A DNA stretch of 62,996 nucleotides, filler included, from Octopus bimaculoides (Eukaryota): the NCBI RefSeq assembly GCF_001194135.2. It is 9 parts of 7 records of this genome, joined end to end, with 100 filler letters (N's around TTAATTAATTAA, not from the genome) between each part and the next. Parts side by side here need not be neighbours in the genome. Positions count along the whole stretch, not along the records: positions 60,916 to 62,996 come from NW_026430836.1; 8 more parts are not named here. One strand, 5' to 3'. Shown piece by piece: positions 61,809 through 62,996 of this stretch (positions within the stretch are counted from its first letter, which is position 1; every line of letters starts with the position of its first letter). The position numbers and the translations under genes are program-made. Below the pieces are notes generated by a model. The model was given only the letters and a program-made list of their open reading frames with translations, had not been told where the DNA came from and did no database searches.

Positions 61809-62996
61809 ATATATATANNNNNNNNNNNNNNNNNNNNNNNNNNNNNNNNNNNNNNNNNNNNNNNNNNNNNNNNNNNNNNNNNNNNNNNNNNNNNNNNNNN
61901 NNNNNNNNNNNNNNNNNNNNNNNNNNNNNNNNNNNNNNNNNNNNNNNNNNNNNNNNNNNNNNNNNNNNNNNNNNNNNNNNNNNNNNNNNNNNNNNNNNNN
62001 NNNNNNNNNNNNNNNNNNNNNNNNNNNNNNNNNNNNNNNNNNNNNNNNNNNNNNNNNNNNNNNNNNNNNNNNNNNNNNNNNNNNNNNNNNNNNNNNNNNN
62101 NNNNNNNNNNNNNNNNNNNNNNNTTATATTATTAATTCATCAATAATATATTTAGGAAATCAATATTTAGTATTTCAAAAGATATATATCCAACATAACA
62201 TGGTAGCATAATAAATTTAAAAGTTTAAAACATAAAAATAAAAATACGGAATATAAATATCGATACATATAAAAATCTAAAAATAGATAAATATATGTTT
62301 AAATATATATGCGTATAAAAATTTTATGTGTAAATAAGCATGAATATTATAAATTCTAAAATATAAAATATAAAGAAGCCTAAAGTTAAAAGAATAAAAT
62401 ATCTTACGATCGTTTCACGGATATTACTACAATCGCAAAGTGATCTAAAGATCATCTTATTGTTAGTAATTCCGTTCTTCAGAGATGCATTAAGAATCCT
62501 TTATATACCTATATATTATTAAAGTCTAAAAATTAGAAATAATAATATATACTGTCCTTCTTATAAGTTTTCATGTTAGTCCTTCTGAAGTATGTAAAAT
62601 TTGTTCGTTTTCTCCTTTGTTGAAGTTTCGATTATTGAACATTTATTTATATAAAAATTGGTATATTTTTTAAAAGTATACAAGATCTCGGCGAATTTCA
62701 TCTTGTTATTATAGGTGTTGGTAATTTTGTAAATCCGATTCAATTTTGAAAGTTTGTCCACCACGAGTATTTAACATTGAAATTTAAATTTAGTAGATTT
62801 CCGAAAGTTGCAAATAAATAGTGTTTTTATGAGAAGATTCCATTTTAAATTCGATTTCACTTTTTTTTTTTTTTTTTTCTGAAGTAATATATTGGAATCT
62901 GAGTTCAAACTCTCATCATTCATTTTTAATTCATTAATTGTAAATAGTTATCATTAGAATTCCCCCACTAAATCTCTACGTTTAACATGCATATAT

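Noticed and set aside
62576-62764. 62-aa Lys/Asn/Ile-rich ORF
   Set aside because: Its composition reflects very AT-rich DNA, with no recognisable motif.

Overview
AT-rich, microsatellite- and SINE-dense animal DNA from a gapped draft scaffold. The repeat families look like octopus (my inference, not a database result). The one gene I can reconstruct confidently is the 3' half of an NADPH oxidase, most like NOX4. It has 9 GT-AG exons on + between 563 and 8708 that splice into one frame of 299 aa plus stop, covering TM6, the FAD site HPYSLTS, the NADPH site AGGIGITPF, CGP and a terminal HEEIF. The rest is dominated by mobile DNA: several tRNA-derived SINE families, a decayed mariner, Tc1/mariner- and piggyBac-type MITEs, RTE and CR1-group LINE fragments, and R4/Dong-type (RLE) LINE ends in (TAA)n arrays. 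Most notable are (1) two unrelated short repeats with minimal type I hammerhead-ribozyme architecture (24543-24588, behind a tRNA-like Pol III head, and 29879-29914); (2) a CpG-depleted block at about 14-32 kb suggesting a hidden methylated gene, with a candidate MGNQHS first exon at 34907-34822 (-); (3) a 102-bp loopless palindrome at 61707-61808; and (4) fold-back SINE dimers. Nearly all long entries in the ORF track are artefacts of N gaps or simple repeats. I saw no CRISPR, rRNA or genuine tRNA gene.
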